This document shows, piece after piece, positions 38,191 to 52,984 of a DNA stretch of 60,000 nt (within the stretch, counting starts at the first letter, position 1; the number at the start of each line of letters is the position of its first letter). The position numbers and the translations under genes are program-made. This stretch comes from Laetmonice hystrix (Eukaryota), in assembly GCA_965235115.1 (NCBI GenBank), contig OZ249436.1:36892001-36952000 (forward strand), given 5' to 3'. Below the pieces are notes generated by a model that was not told the origin of the DNA, did not search any database, and saw only the letters and a list, made by a program, of their open reading frames with translations.

Positions 38191-40390
38191 ACTTTGGGGG
38201 AGGGGGAGAGGGGTGAATAGTACTGAGGTATCAATGCCGCACGCTGGAGCTTAGCGACGGTGTATTTGTGAATGGCAGGGCTAACCACATTTTGCTTTGT
38301 ACGCCTTTTCGCCATACAGGCCAACTGGCTTTTGAAAAGAAGATTTCACTTAATATGCGGTGTAAGTGGTAGTGGAGACATGAATGGCAAGGCACGTGTC
38401 TTTAAGCCGCCGGGGGAAGTCAATTGTGGCCCATTGAAACCATCCCACGTCTGGGAGTAATACAAAATTAGTGTTTGCGTAATAGGGTGAAGGGTTCAAT
38501 GTGTGAATGCTAAATCTTAACCTTCTACATAGGCCGGTTATAGACTTGTGTCTCTGTATCTAGGTCAGCGGTAAACGGCGTACATTGCCGCCAGTAATTA
38601 TTAAAGCAACATAATGACTATAAACGTGTTAAATATAAACAAAGGAGGGAAAGACGTATGACTTGTCAGTTACCACAGTCCACAGGACTCACCTACAATC
38701 GATTCAAGCGAACTTTGGCATTTGTTAACAGCATCAGAGCACTGAATGTTGTGATTGATTCCTTCACCCCAGCCTGCGTGATCCCTTCATTTTCTAGTTT
38801 TTCATAGTTGTATTTTTTTTGACACGGCAGAAAATTATAAATATTTTCAAGTCCGCCGGAAATGTATAAGCTGACCATGCACTCTGAACGTGTCCACAGG
38901 TCGCACATGTCTACGCTTGCTTGCGCCACGAGAAAATCTCCGTGTTCATCAGACGCAGCGTGATTCTGAGAATCCAGCTGTTCTGTCGCGGCGTAAGGAC
39001 GACATTATGGCCACCTTTTAACAATATCACAGGAGCATATATGTACTGCTTCTAATTTGATGATTAGTTGCTTTGGTTTTTCGTTTGTTTGGTGGGTTTT
39101 CCTTTACCTGAAAAACGGCCAGGACCATTATCTTAGCGGTTAGCTCTATCAGCGGTTAGCAAGTCCAATTGATGTTCATGCCGGAACTAATTATTGTTAA
39201 TTACCAGTAGACTAAATCGCTCCTTCACAGTTCATTAAAATAAGAATTAACATCACGACACAAAAATAATTGATGCGTTTGCTATTTGATCTGAGCTTCA
39301 ACAATAATCGTGGGTCATTAGTATTCATGGCCTCTCAATAGTGATGGCAATGATGTGCCCATATGCTGCAATAATGTGCAATCGAACCTATTATAAAGTT
39401 CTTGTCAACACGCTAAAAATACCTGTATCTTCTAAGGTACAGTCATAAGTAATCATGCAGGTGTCGCTCTGAGTGACTATCAAACGATGACTCTCAAAGG
39501 AGTGTTCTTTAAACTTGCATCGACAACATCAAAACTTCAATAATATTCCTGATAGTCATCGCTAGATTTTACATAGCATCATTCATAGATATTTGATAGC
39601 AGTACGGTAATGTAATCATTTACTATTATACACCAATTGTATATCTTTAGTCTATTGTTTCGTGTACAAGGCTCAGCTGCAGGCATTTGTTTATTTATAA
39701 TTTTGTGTTGGTAGGCCTATGTCATTTTACATGTCTTTCAGTCCTAAAATGACATATCATATGGCTATCATAACATATCATGCAGAATGTTTTCCCGTAA
39801 TCGTGTATTTACTATAAAGGGTCTGTAAAAGGAATTGAAGCCACTTAAGCGGCATACTGATAAACAAAAGAGATAATCCTATCCAGAGGACAAAAGCTAT
39901 TATTGACTTGATGACAGATATAAACGGATTATGAAGAAAATCTTAATTCTGCACTGCCCGCAAAGAGGTGATTAACATGACCAGGGTCCGATCCCAAATT
40001 CCGTTCTTTAATTATTGACAACTTTTAATTTCAAGTGTTTTAATATCCCGGGAGACACATTTCTAAGGCGTGCTTTGTTAAAAATCAAAGAATCCCGAGA
40101 CTTGGAATGGCATCTCAAATCGTCCAATCATCTCGTGGTGCCCAGTGCTGTCAACGTATTAACCCGGACTCGGCGAACATTTACCCCCTCCCCATCGCAG
40201 ACATTACCCCCATCGGATGGCAAACAGTAAATCGAGATCATGCCTTGGGTGTCACATTTTATGGTTATTTTGATTTTGATACATTCATAGTATGCTTTCA
40301 TCTATCATCAAACCCAAGTGTGAAAGCTTCAAAAAAAGTGTTCGCTATAAAGGTGCTTTGGCATGGAATAATCTTCCATAAAAGTAATAA

Positions 40391-40828
40391 AGGGAAATGT
40401 GAGTGTCCAAAGCGCCGCGTAGTGAGTCGCGTTGGTACTACTGGGGAAATGTGAGTGTTCAAAGTACCGCGTAGTGAGCTTTAACAGAAAAAATGTTTGG
40501 CTTATTTATGCAGTCAACTAGTTTGATGTGGAAATCAGTAGTAATTTTTAAACCATGAACCAAACTGTGTGCCAGAACCTGTCTACTCCATTGAATGCTA
40601 TAGTTAAGATCCGTGTTTTACCAAGGCACTGACTGTTTGGCAGGCTGTAACTTTTTTTTGTAATTCGGTGACCCCCATTTTTTTAGGAGGCCTGTATAAA
40701 AAAAATAATTCGGTGACATATGATTTTTATGGTTTCTTTGTACTCTTAAGGACAAAGGCTATCTCCCATAAAAATAATTTGAAAATTTTAGTGGTCAATC
40801 AAATTCCGTCGAACACTCACATTTCCCT
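40391..40828. mobile_element. Kolobok-like MITE
   Basis: ATAA|AGGGAAATGTGAGTGT ... ACACTCACATTTCCCT|TTAA; left end repeated near 40445; TIR resembles that of 15421-16416. Confidence 0.75.
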
Positions 40829-43800
40829 TTAAGTCTCTCGATTCCTTTAAATACGAACAAAAGAAATGACATAACTTGGTGATCCCCACCCCAAATCCTG
40901 AAAGTTTAATTACCACATCTAGAATACATTGAATTAATCTACTGGCGTGTGCATATATAACTTCTGTCCCTTGTGCTTGTCTGCTAACCATGCGATCCGT
41001 AACGGTCATATCCAGGACTATTGCAATATGTACTAAAAACTCATGTTATGTGTATGTATTTTGTTTTTTGATTGACTCATTTAAATCTGATTGTACTGTA
41101 TGTACGATGTAAACTACTCAGCAGGCTGCTGTGGAAGACAGTGTACTGCCTGGATAAATAAATTAATAATTAAAAAAAAATTATTCTCACAAGAAATAAG
41201 TTACTATAGGCTATATCAAATGGTAAAGCCCCTCCAACTGAACTCTGATCCGTGATAAAAGGACTGTGATGGATACTTTACAACGTGTTGAACAAAGATT
41301 TCAATCCTCATACCAATTCTCATTTTGATCTTTTTCAACAGCTACTTTCGTGATAATACTATTTTATACAGATAAGACACTTGCCTCCCAAAGCTTCTGG
41401 AAAGTAGACCTTAAATCCAACTTTAGTGTATAAAACAACTTTTTCCAGGATAGGGTACATATATATCCCATAGCTTTTCTAATATTTTCCAGATTCAACT
41501 CCTCTTGACCCCTCTTTTGAAAAAGTCTTTCCGTTTTGATCCCCCGTTATTAAAACTCAGAATTTGCCCCTGCAAACGATGAGATACTTCCACCAACATC
41601 AATCATGTCTCTGGCTTCAGACTATCGGTCGATTGGTGCGGCGTGTGCTCACTGTCGCTCCAAAAACCGGCCAAGATAAACTCGCACTTTGCCGAGTTTC
41701 ATTCCAAGGGGCAACGAGTCGAACTTGTAGTGAAATTATTGTTACTCGGGGGAATTATGGGTCCTTGTACGAGCTAATTACCAGCTCCCCCCGATATGAC
41801 CACACTGTACAGTGCCCACTCGCCCAATCTGCGCAGTGCCCCTCTGGCTCGTATGTAACTCATACTGGACTCGGGGTAACTCGTGATGAGGTAGGCTAGC
41901 TCTTTGTAGCAATACTACGGGCTAAGCCGACGTAATACGGATTCTGCTACGAGTTGTGCCGATTATCCAAAAGTTTTGAACATATTCCAAACTTTGTCCT
42001 CCTCCCACGAGCTGACCCGACCTACACCGAGTTGTCCTGAGTTGTCTCGAGTTAAGCCCCTCTCACACTGAACTATACGAATACGAGTTCGCCGAGTTGG
42101 TAACTCGTGAAACTCATACACAACTCTTGTTTACTCGTACTACACTCGTAGTACGAACTCAGTGACGAGTGTTTCTACGAGTTTCTGCGATATAACTCTG
42201 CACCCCACTCGACGCCTGACTCAGGAAGATGTGAGAGCTGCAGAGTAGCTGCCTTCCTCGAGTATTCATCAGGAAATGGAGCAAACCTTGTCAGAATTTC
42301 TCATCAACATCTTTAAAGATTTCTCTCACCAAAGCGAAATATTGACTCAACACTTGACGTAATCCTTACGAGTAAGACTTGGCAAAAGATTGCTCACAGT
42401 AACAGACTCATTTGTCAACATACTCTAAGATTTGCTAAAATGAATAGATAGCTCCACTGGGACAGTAGTAGAAAGAGCACTTCTTATAATAATTGTCTAA
42501 AGGCTTTTAGGCATTATACGCAGTATTGTACATTGAACGCGTTGCAAAGACTTAATGAAAATCTGGATCTGGCGTTCATGTTTAAAAGTAAAAAAAAACA
42601 CCATCTCTTCAGAAAGATCCACAACAGCTGATCAACTGGTGTTTATTTTTCAAAATGCAAACGGAGTGTTCGGACCGCCAACGTAATAAGTTTCAAGGAT
42701 GCAAGTTACTCGATACCCTGTCATTCAAATTTCGCCTGTCAACATTTGGAATCCCAGCGTAAATTCTGCGAACCACTTGGGATGTCATCCTTAAAAGCCT
42801 TTTGGCACGTTCATCAAACGCTGTTTGCGTTAGCAAATATGGTATAGATTACCTTCTATAATTAGATTATTTATAAATCTCAAAAACGGGCAGTGTCTTG
42901 TCGATAAAAGGAACCTGAGTTGGAGAAAAATGAAAGTTGTGTACATTTTCCCATTTATTGATACAAATTATACGTGATACATTGCATACAGGGAGAACCC
43001 AATGGAGTAAGAATAAAGTAAATTCCATTGTTGCTAATAGCATACAGGCTCGTATTTTATCTTCCCTCGTTCAATTTGTACAGAGTTCACATTTAGAGAG
43101 GTAAAAGAAATGTTTCACACGTAGCAGAGAACCCCATAATAAATGCAGCAGAGATGATTAATTGGTTACTGGTACAAAAATTGACATTTTTACAGCTGCA
43201 GAAATGATTTAAACGCATTGTAATAATCCAGGACATTTCTGGCTTTGGCAGCAGGAGCCCATAAATATAACCACTTGACGTATCGAATTTCAAAAGCAAG
43301 AACTGAATTGATTTGCTTCTTATCGATCTAATTTACCACAGTTTACAGTGTTACAGGTTACTCTCAGATATGCAGGAAGAACGTGCTCCCTTGAAATGAA
43401 AAACGAGAAGAAAAGAAAATGCAAAGCTCGTTTGCACATGTATTCCATCGGAAGATGGGGTATGGTATTGTGCAAAATCGCACGGGACATCTAAGGTTGC
43501 ACCTTGAGCGTGATTCCGTTCAAGCAAAAATACGCTGATTAAACAATGATCAAGCCACAAGCACGGCGTAGATCAGGGACCTCCTTTGTCCAACATCACT
43601 GGATGAACAATAGGCCTACACGCTCTCATGAGGCTGCAATAACAGGTATGGGGTTGTACACAGGTAGTCACCATCTCATCACTGGAACTGAATGCAGTAA
43701 TAATTTTCTTAATTTAAATCAAGACAATTATTCACTTGAAGTGGCAATATAAGTAATTAAGCATAATACTTACTTATACATAAGTTGGAATTCCTGGTCC

Positions 43801-44723
43801 CGAAATGCATGTGCTACTATAAAACTCATACTACAGTAGCTTACCGGTCGCACAAGAAATTCCCAATATTATACTTTGAGCAACCGCATTCCACGCGGAA
43901 AGGCTAGGAAGCGATTTCTATCCGATAAGAAAAATAACATTTAATCTTGCAATCAATACGAGCAATATCAATAGCTTTACATGTGCGGAGCAGTGCTACA
44001 GCGAACAAAGCAATCGCTTTAATACATGTTAATGGAATGCGATGATTTTAATAATGAACGGCTATACCCGTGGGAAGAAACATGGAAGGTATCACGATTT
44101 ATGATGTGTACAAGAGAACTGAAACTGTTTGATGAATCCTAGGGGAATTGTCACCATAATTTCATATTTTTCCCCCTGTATTAAATCGTGAATAACTTAT
44201 AGGAAATCCTTTGAAAACGATCGCATATATACATGAAGCAGGGCTTTCGGATGAGTGTTCTTCAATGCACATGCCATGTCTTGAGAGCAGAGATCTACAG
44301 ATCCCTTGTGACACTATAAAGATTAAAGATATTGCTGCAACGCGCCTTGCTCCACTCCCATATCTGTTGTGCATGTACATTTACATTGTAGGCCTAAATA
44401 GCGAAAAAATTATTTGTATATTAATATGCTGACATCATTAACATTGCACACCAATGTTAACAAAAGTCAGTTCTAGAAACACATGGCCCAGAGCTCAGGC
44501 CCTAACTTTATTGTATATTATTGGCCGGTGCGGTGGCCCAGGCGATAGTATAGGTTCTGTCTCATACCTCATTCACTATGCCCAGTGGGGAGGATTCTTC
44601 GTCCCATTCACAAACTAAAACTAGTAGATCTACACATCGTAAAAGTCGAGTTCCAGTGCAAACAGCCCTCGTCTCCTAAAAAAGACCTTGGCCAAGTTTC
44701 AAGCAGAACGGTAATGGTCCTAG

Positions 44724-45566
44724 TTTTTTAGCCCCCAACCGAAAGGGGTGGAGGTTTCTGATTCGCCATCTGTCCATCCGTACGCCCGTAGACAGGGATT
44801 TCTTAAAAATGTATTGGTCAAATTGTATTAAACTGTACAGGCTAATCAGAGATGGTCTGAGGGTGCAAGTCAAATAGATTTTTTATAATTTTATTCAAAA
44901 TGGCCGCTCAAGAACCATCTTGGATGTAAACACATTTCAAGCAGTAACTCAGACAAAACGATCCTGATTTCTTTCAAATTTGGTGCAATGAAGAAAAATA
45001 TGAGTGACAATGTATATGTCAATGGATGCTTAGTTCAGAGCGAATATGGCGACATAGCGGCCATAATTGTTTTTGACCCCCAAAATATGTGTTTGGCTCA
45101 TATCTCGAAAATGGTGAAAGATAGTGCAATAGTTACTATTAGGCTACTGACAGATAGAAAGTAATATGTTAAGTTTCTTTTGGCGCCATTTTTCATGGCC
45201 TTGCGTGACCCTAAAAGGTCAGTGAAGGGCCTCCATATTTTTATTATTTTGTGTTCAGATTAAATATATAAGTGTTCAAGATAACCATATCTTTCTATAA
45301 ACGAAGGTCGGAAGTCATATTAGGTTTCTTTTGCCACTATTTTTCTTTGCATTGAGTGACCTTGTGAGGTCAGTCAAGGTCAGGGACATTTTTGACGATT
45401 CATATAAAAAACACTTCAAGATGACCACTTACTACAAATGGTGGATGAAGACATTTATGAGTTTCTTTGTGATTTTTCATTGTTTTGGTAACCTTTGTTT
45501 TCGAAGTGGCAGAAAATCAACAACACTCGCTCTTGCGACAATTCTGATACACCTTCAGGCCTATTA
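44724..45566 (+). mobile_element. Possible Helentron-associated (HINE/DINE-1-like) non-autonomous element
   Basis: Starts in a T-run (TTTTTTAGCCCCC), short GTCC-like repeat CTGTCCATCCGTACGCCCGT, interior TGACC..GGTCA and AAAATGGCCGC motifs; boundaries approximate. Confidence 0.45.
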
Positions 45567-45803
45567 ATAGCTACAATAGTTTTCTGCAATGCAGATGGTC
45601 TTGTAACCAATGCCGTATTATTTGTCTGCCCTCGGTGAAATCCGGCACTTTAATAAATGTCAACTCTTTCTGTATTAGAAATAATGTTCTCCGTTGCGCG
45701 TTTGGTGGGTGGGCGCCTCCTACAGCTAAAACCTCGCCACAGGACCAGGAAGTATGTACATGTAGGCCTATTGTGCGGAATATAGGGACGTAGTCTCCAG
45801 CCT

Positions 45804-46073
45804 CTTCTGATGGCCATGGGTGCTAACATAATAATATCTTCTGATGGCCATGGGTGCTAACATAATAATATCTTCTGATGGCCATGGGTGCTAACATAAT
45901 AATATCTTCTGATGGCCATGGGTGCTAACATAATAATATCTTCTGATGGCCATGGGTGCTAACATAATAATATCTGATGGCCATGGGTGCTAACATAATA
46001 ATATCTTCTGATGGCCATGGGTGCTAACATAATAATATCTGATGGCCATGGGTGCTAACATAATAATATCTTC
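45804..46073. repeat. Minisatellite, 34-bp unit, 8 copies (two are 31 bp)
   Basis: CTTCTGATGGCCATGGGTGCTAACATAATAATAT. Confidence 0.95.
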
Positions 46074-46567
46074 AATCGTAATCCGCCTGCCTTGATTCCG
46101 AATCCATTCCCAGGTCGGCCCGTCTGACTCCTCGTTGTTTCTAGAAGAACATTTACTCGCACTCCTTATAATGGCTTCCATCAGAGTCACTTATGACATT
46201 TTGTTTTCTCTGGCCGTACTTTTCCGTGGATAATTGGATAAACGCTACATACCAATTACATCCTAAAAGTTTACGATTGGATTATCGCCATTGGATCTCT
46301 CCGTCTTCTAAGGCATGCAGTTAAAGGTTCTGAAGATTATGTCTTCGGATACTTCGTCAGCTTATCAGTGAGTTCATTTTACGTATTTCGATCTTCTTTC
46401 ATGATTGTGGTATTTGCAACTATTTCCAGTTAGGAATCTCAGTTAGAATTGCATTTTTATAGTTTAGACTTTGCGGTCCGACTTTGGGGTACGCACAGCA
46501 TCGTGGCAATATGTTGATAGGAAGATATAAGTTGTTTGAAAGAGTGTGTGTTTTTAATAGTGCGCAA

Positions 46568-46830
46568 GGATATGAAGTGTGTGATCTGGGCAGGTGTTTG
46601 GATATTAAGTGTTTTGATCTGGGCAGGTGTTTGGATATTAAGTGTTTTGATATAGGCAGGTGTTTGGATATTAAGTGTTTTGATCTGGGCAGGTGTTGGG
46701 ATATTAAGTATTTTGATATAGGCAGGTGTTTGGATATTAAGTGTTTTGATCTGGGCAGGTGTTGGGATATTAAGTATTTTGATATAGGCAGGTGTTTGGA
46801 TATTAAGTGTTTTGATCTGGGCAGGTGTTT
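46568..46830. repeat. Minisatellite, 33-bp unit, about 8 copies
   Basis: TGATCTGGGCAGGTGTTTGGATATTAAGTGTTT with an alternating TGATATAGGC variant. Confidence 0.95.
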
Positions 46831-47300
46831 AGACAACTCTTTGGATCTGATTACGCCTTTCAGTGATATTACATCCATTTAACAGCCGTATAAGCTATAC
46901 CTAGGATATGCCTGTAACAGCAAGAAAACCTACACTGGAGGCTCTATCCTACACAGCAACCACCAAGTATGCCATGGAAGATTCTATCAGGGCAGGCTGT
47001 CGGTCAATGCAGTGATGTCATGTGACACAACGCTTCCATGTTATCTACTCGGGCGATCTCATCGTGTTTCACATGAGGCGGTTCTCATCACCTCGATGTG
47101 TGACCCGCCTTGCCCTTGTCACTTTCATGGACAATATTTGTGTCGTGAACTCATAATGCCACCCCACCTTCACCCGCTCTCTGATGGTCAACCCAAGAAT
47201 AAAAATACGCGAGGCCCTACCTGTGCACAGACTGCGCAGTAAATGTAGGGAGCGTTTCGGAGATGCTTCGCCTCGACACAAAAAATGTAGGCCTACATCT

Positions 47301-47508
47301 CAGGGGCGGATCCATGATTTTGCAACGTGCAACGGGGGGGGGGGGGAGAGCTACATCCATGATTTTGAAACTCGATGTAGGCTATGTATAAAAAAAACCT
47401 CTTAGGTGCCCTGTAGGCCACTGCAAAACGATAACCTTGCAGTCAGCTGGGGCGGGGGGGGGGGCTTAAGCCTTAAAGCCCCCCCCCCCCCCGCTGGATC
47501 CGCCACTG
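47301..47508. mobile_element. MITE, CAGGGGCGGATCCA TIR, 5-bp TSD CATCT
   Basis: CATCT|CAGGGGCGGATCCA ... TGGATCCGCCACTG|CATCT. Confidence 0.88.
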
Positions 47509-50357
47509 CATCTCGACATGATGTGCAAAACTGTATCGAAGTGGCCCCTGTAAGCCGAAGCATTTCTTTACGGTAGACGCTTGTCACATGCATTGGAGTA
47601 GAAGACTGTATGTTGACAACATTGACATGTTTCAGTAAAGGCCTACATTGAACAGGACTGGAAAGAAACCCAACTAGGTCAATGTCGCTCGCAGTACGTT
47701 CCGCCATTTTGAAAATAGAAGGAAATACGCCGCATATGAAATGTAAAAAGCAGGTTTTGAAAAACTCTTCTATGCACAAAATTCGGCGATATATCACGTC
47801 TTGTACGGCATTTCGGGTAAGGGTTATTTGGGCGAATTATCCTTAAGAGCATTCGGAGTTGTTATTGATCATTATTGCACCTATAAAGACATGCCGATGG
47901 GTATGAGGTCCGATACACCTCAGACATTTCTAAAGAAGACCAGTGTTTCGTTTTCTTTGTAGAATGTCATCTACCACGCGAGCGTCGGATATGTCAATCA
48001 AAATCGTCCGCACGCATCAAAAAACCGGAAGTGCGTTGGGTACGAGATTGAGGCAGCCTTCCGCCATTGCCAGCTGAATGACCGCTGCCAATGAATTCAT
48101 TCGATAAATCGTCTTCCATGGTGCTTTGTCCTTCATTGGTATGAACTCCATCTGTAACGTGGTTGGCCTTCAGAGGAAAGAGGGGGGGGGGGGGGGTTCT
48201 TGGTGCTTCGGTTACAAAATACTGAGCAGATTTTTCTCTGGCTCAGATCATCCTCGTGTCAAGCAAGTGGCAAATTACAAACGTTGTTTTGTTATAGCGT
48301 GTGGAATCATCCACGGACGTTTTACTGGCTGCGCCAATATTGTCAAACCACTGTGCAGCACGTAGATGAACAACGGTTAATCGTAATTAGAAGATATTCA
48401 CCTGCTCAACATGGATGCCATCGCAGACTGGCGTAACGTCAAAGGAATCAAACGTTGAATTAAGAAATGATATATCATTAAAGTTGTTTAGTAATAGCAT
48501 AAGGGATGTTACACACTTGATTGACTACGCTCCAGCTTTGATGTTGGTTTGATGATTGATTTATTGTCTCGTAACTAAAAGATAAATAACCATTACGGTA
48601 CAATACTGTGACAAGTAGATTTAGCTCTATACCATAATACATAGACTTTACCATATACTGCGGCGTGTACAATATCAGAGCTTATAATTAAAGCCCCACG
48701 CGGACTGATGGCTTCGCACGAGTTGGCAGCTGAATGCAAGCGTGAACTTATCTACCCAGTACTTCCAATATAACAGGGACGTAACCAGACTCCAGACCTA
48801 TGGCGCCGGGAGAAAGTAAAATTCAAATTAGTAATCTGAAAAAGTACCCTACCACATCGGAGATCTCGTTCCTGTTCTATCTGCATGTATAATTCAAGCT
48901 GACGTATAATGGCAATCATTGTTCCCATCTGAATATTGTGCTATTATTTTCTTTCTTGTATACAGTTCATCGATACACGATATCGTACGGCTGCACATAC
49001 CTTCAATCGGCGATTCTAGCTTGTGTTGCTGCATGACTTCAGGATCTAATATATTCGGGCAGACCTAGGCAGTAAGATAAACTTCCACTTTTCATAACCA
49101 TAATCTCATTGTTGTAATTACACATTTATTTAGGTCTTAATAATTTTAGATTCTCTTTGTAGACATTAAATGTGCTCGGCCAACTGTTAATGAGATATAG
49201 TTGCCCAATGAGGTTGGGCTCCCAGCAGTGAAAGGACTATTTTATAACATTACCATATTGCTATAACGTTGACATATAAAACCAACCCCTGAAAAAATAT
49301 CCTAAGGATATGGATAAACTATGGATAATTCGATAGATTATAATTATTACTGTGGTTGGGATTAAGTCTTCATGAGAGCCACAATAATCTTAGTTAATGA
49401 CTGTCTCCACTAGGATAGTGACAATTGCAGAGACACTAGCAACACTAAAACCATCTGTAGAGGGAACACCTTAGGGAAATTTCCACAAAATGGAGGTGTA
49501 CCTTAATGAACGGGTTGACATAATAATCACAATTATTGCAAATACTTGGGGGTTAACTAATTTTGATAATGTTAACTTGAATACTTGAAAGGAATACAGA
49601 AAGTGTCCGGTTGTTTCTTTAAATGGGGGCCAAACAATATAGTAAAGATTGGTTGGGGCTTGAGAATCCGTGGAGGTATGTAAAAAGGGTTACTGCATAG
49701 ACTCTATGTAGTGCATAATGATATCGTAGTAGTTGGCCTGCTGTTCATGTATCTGACATGTGTTACGACCGGATGTAGAACACATATTTATATTCGTTTT
49801 CTCCTTCATAATCCTCGAATTACTTGGATTTGATTACATTTATATGATTTTCTAGGGGCCTGCAGGAAGCTGGCGTAAGCTCATTGCACCTGCTTCGTCA
49901 ATGAACTGCTGACGTATAGATGCCCAAAGCTCATTTTTCATGTTTCTGTGGCGGATCTTCTTTTTTTGGACATTTTTATCAGATTCACCGCTCGTTTCTA
50001 GCAACCGGATGATTGTTCAGATCAACTTCCTAGCCGATAAAATAACAACAGACTTGGTTTTATCTATAGTGAGACTGAACAAGTTATGCTGTAAAGCAGG
50101 ACACAGAGGCTATTTCGGAAACATTATCCAAGCGGCTAGCCAGTCTTATTGGGCGGCCAAACAAATCAACAAACGGGGAAAGAAACATAGCCGCAAGATT
50201 ACTGCATCCATTCGCATATCAACGCCCATGCCCACTCGGCCACCGCCACTTCTATAAAAAGGAAGCTTTGGTGGTCGAGCAGGACAATGGACTGTCCCCC
50301 TACACACATCTTCCGAGATGAGACGGAATCCATGCTTTCCTAGATCGAGCTACATAT

Positions 50358-50419
50358 GAGTGAGAGTGAGTGAGTCAATAATTTATTGGAGGTTTTACGC
50401 CCTGTTGACAGTATTTCAG
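50358..50419 (-). mobile_element. SINE-like 3' tail
   Basis: GAGTGAGTGAGT..ATTGGAGGTTTTACGCCCTGTTGACAGTATTTCAG, nearly identical to the copy at 6687. Confidence 0.6.
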
Positions 50420-52541
50420 AACCTTTTAATCCCCATCTTCAAAACAATGGCAGGGGTGCTTGTATGCCCAGTCTCACAGACACGACTGAACATACCAAAG
50501 TCCAAGGGCCGATGAGAAAAATAGTACTGGAAGGATGAAAATCCATCTGTGCCATGCAGATGATTTTGTAATCCAACACTCGACCACTTCCCAACACTTC
50601 CCTCGCCCCATTTATCGCCTTTTACGAACAGCCAGGGGTTGAGCTGAGGATAATTTTTATCCCTAGTTCCCCAAAGGGGTGGCGATTCCGTGGCCGAGAT
50701 TATAAGTTGGATGATAATTTTTGTTTCGTGTATACAACCGCTTGCCTACAGCAAAAGGAACGAGAAGATCAATATTCTTATGTATCTGAAAAGGAACATT
50801 AGTCTGATGTTCGGAAATAGAAAGAACGAGTGTTACATTTGTCTGAGGAGGCAACTGAGATATCTTATCGGGCTTGCCTCTTTGCGAAAAGGTCTGCATG
50901 CGAAAAGACCTCAAATATCATTAGTTTGTGCGCATGTGTGTGAGATATTGTTGGATTGAACCTTCATTGGATATTGCGCTACCAAACATAAATTAGTCAC
51001 TAATAAATGAGAAACATGGCATGTTATTTGTGTTGCTTCACTTTTGAAACATCCTATAGTATTACTGTTATAGCACGACGCGTAACAATATGAGACATGG
51101 CACTGACGTAAAAAAAAGGAAATATTTCTGCTGCATCGTCATTAACATAAACAGTCTCATTTAGGCGTATTTCCCGAAGAAAGGACATGGAGTTGAACAA
51201 AAATCTATGCATTACTTAAATTGCAAGATTTCTTCGGTCAATCCAAAACTGAACTTCGAAATTAATGAATAATTTTTAAAGGGTTTCTTGCTATGTGCTG
51301 TCGTTTCAGATTGATCATTTCCAACGATTCGGCATCCAAAGTGGTTTTTTTTCGCGAGCAGGCGGCGCCTTGCATTCATGGCCCAAATTAATCATTTTTT
51401 TCAGAATCATAAATAAACTAATATAGTGATAGCTATAAGTCACTCTATATGGCATCTTTCATGAACGACTCGAGATTTATGTTTCCGATTGCCGAACATA
51501 ATAGAAACCAATGTGTGAAAAATCCAATATGCTGGTCACTGATAAGGTTTGCAGCACTCCTGTAATACATTAAATGTTCTGCTTTCCCCATGGATATCAG
51601 AGGCGCCATCTATTTTCTGGATATTGACAACCACTAATGGGCAATCATTCAAACAATAAATAAATAACAATAAAATGGGATTCATGTATGTAGTTTCCCA
51701 TCATTCATATTACCCTTAGATTACGGCTTTCTTAATCAAACTCTAGCTGGATTAGATAGTTTCAATATTCAAAGGATAGGAAGAGAGAGTGTAGGCTTAA
51801 AATGGTCTAAAGTTACCCTAACCTGAACGCGATATGTGGAATGAGGAAACATGTATTGAGTATTTGAAATAATACCACATCTACAATTCTATACTGCAAT
51901 AGTATATTTCGTCTCGTATGGCGTCATGCAGCGATCAGCCATAATTAGGTCATGTATATTGGATGCAGCTGGTATTAATTATTGGTCATTAATAAGTGGA
52001 GGCGGCTTTAAAATAAATGTTTATTGTATATGGTTGGGTAAAATAATAAAATACAAAAACCATGTCCAGGTGGACCGGGGTAAGAGGGCCATGATGGCAT
52101 TACAATGATAAAAGGGGATGGTATATTGGCCCATGATGGGTGTTAAAAGAAATCGTTGATGAGGCAGGAGTGGGCGGGTGGGAAAACGTCCGGGTCCCTC
52201 CGCAGTCAGTTCAGAATTGAAGTATTGGTGCCCGGATATCGGGCAGGTGACGTATGTGGGAGTGAGAGAGGAACGAGAGGGATTTAGGAACCGGGGCCCG
52301 ACTCCTGCCATAATGACCGGTAATCAAATAGTCATTTTATTACTCGCCTCATTAATAAGTGGAGGCGGCTTTAAAATAAATGTTTATTGTATATGGTTGG
52401 GTAAAATAATAAAATACAAAAACCATGTCCAGGTGGACCGGGGTAAGAGGGCCATGATGGCATTACAATGATAAAAGGGGATGGTATATTGGCCCATGAT
52501 GGGTGTTAAAAGAAATCGTTGATGAGGCCAAAACTTATTTA

Positions 52542-52984
52542 TTACATGGTCTTGATGGCCTTATGGGCGGAGGTGAGCTGGAAGTTGGCGGGGGTGAGGT
52601 AGGTGCAGACAGCACTCGACGCCCAAGTGCCATGGGCCATTATGTCTGGGAGGGCGGCTCCCCCAGTGTGGTGTGCATACGACGCTCTTCCCCGTCGAAG
52701 ACGTCTGAAGAGAGGGCGTCTGGAGCCGCCCCCCACGGCGCGGAGGAGGACGGCCCACTGTCGGGCGATGTGGTTGACTGGGATAGGGTTCCCATCCTGG
52801 AGACGGAGTAATGGGAGGCAGACCGAGGCCGGGGGGTCAGCCTTTATGAGATCCTCATAGGCGTAGCGTGGGCACAGCACCGATGTAGCCGTGTCCGGGA
52901 GCAGGATCACCTGTGGTTGTGAGGACTTCTGCATGTCTTAGTCCATTTGAGCAGGGGCAGCCCCGCCCGGGTCACCATGACGTC
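52542..52984 (-). pseudogene. C-terminal half of tyrosine recombinase, frameshifted
   Basis: LKWTKT / frameshift / MQ..VLCP..FRRLRRG (HxLRRG with His lost)..IMAHGTWASSAVCTYL (catalytic H/W and Y region). Confidence 0.85.

Noticed and set aside
41566..41580. GCCCCTGCAAACGAT identical to the end and flank of the MITE at 20742
   Set aside because: No matching left TIR found; treated as chance or a fragment, though it slightly weakens the CAAAC TSD call
45804..46073. 34-bp repeats of CRISPR-like length
   Set aside because: Head-to-tail tandem with no spacers
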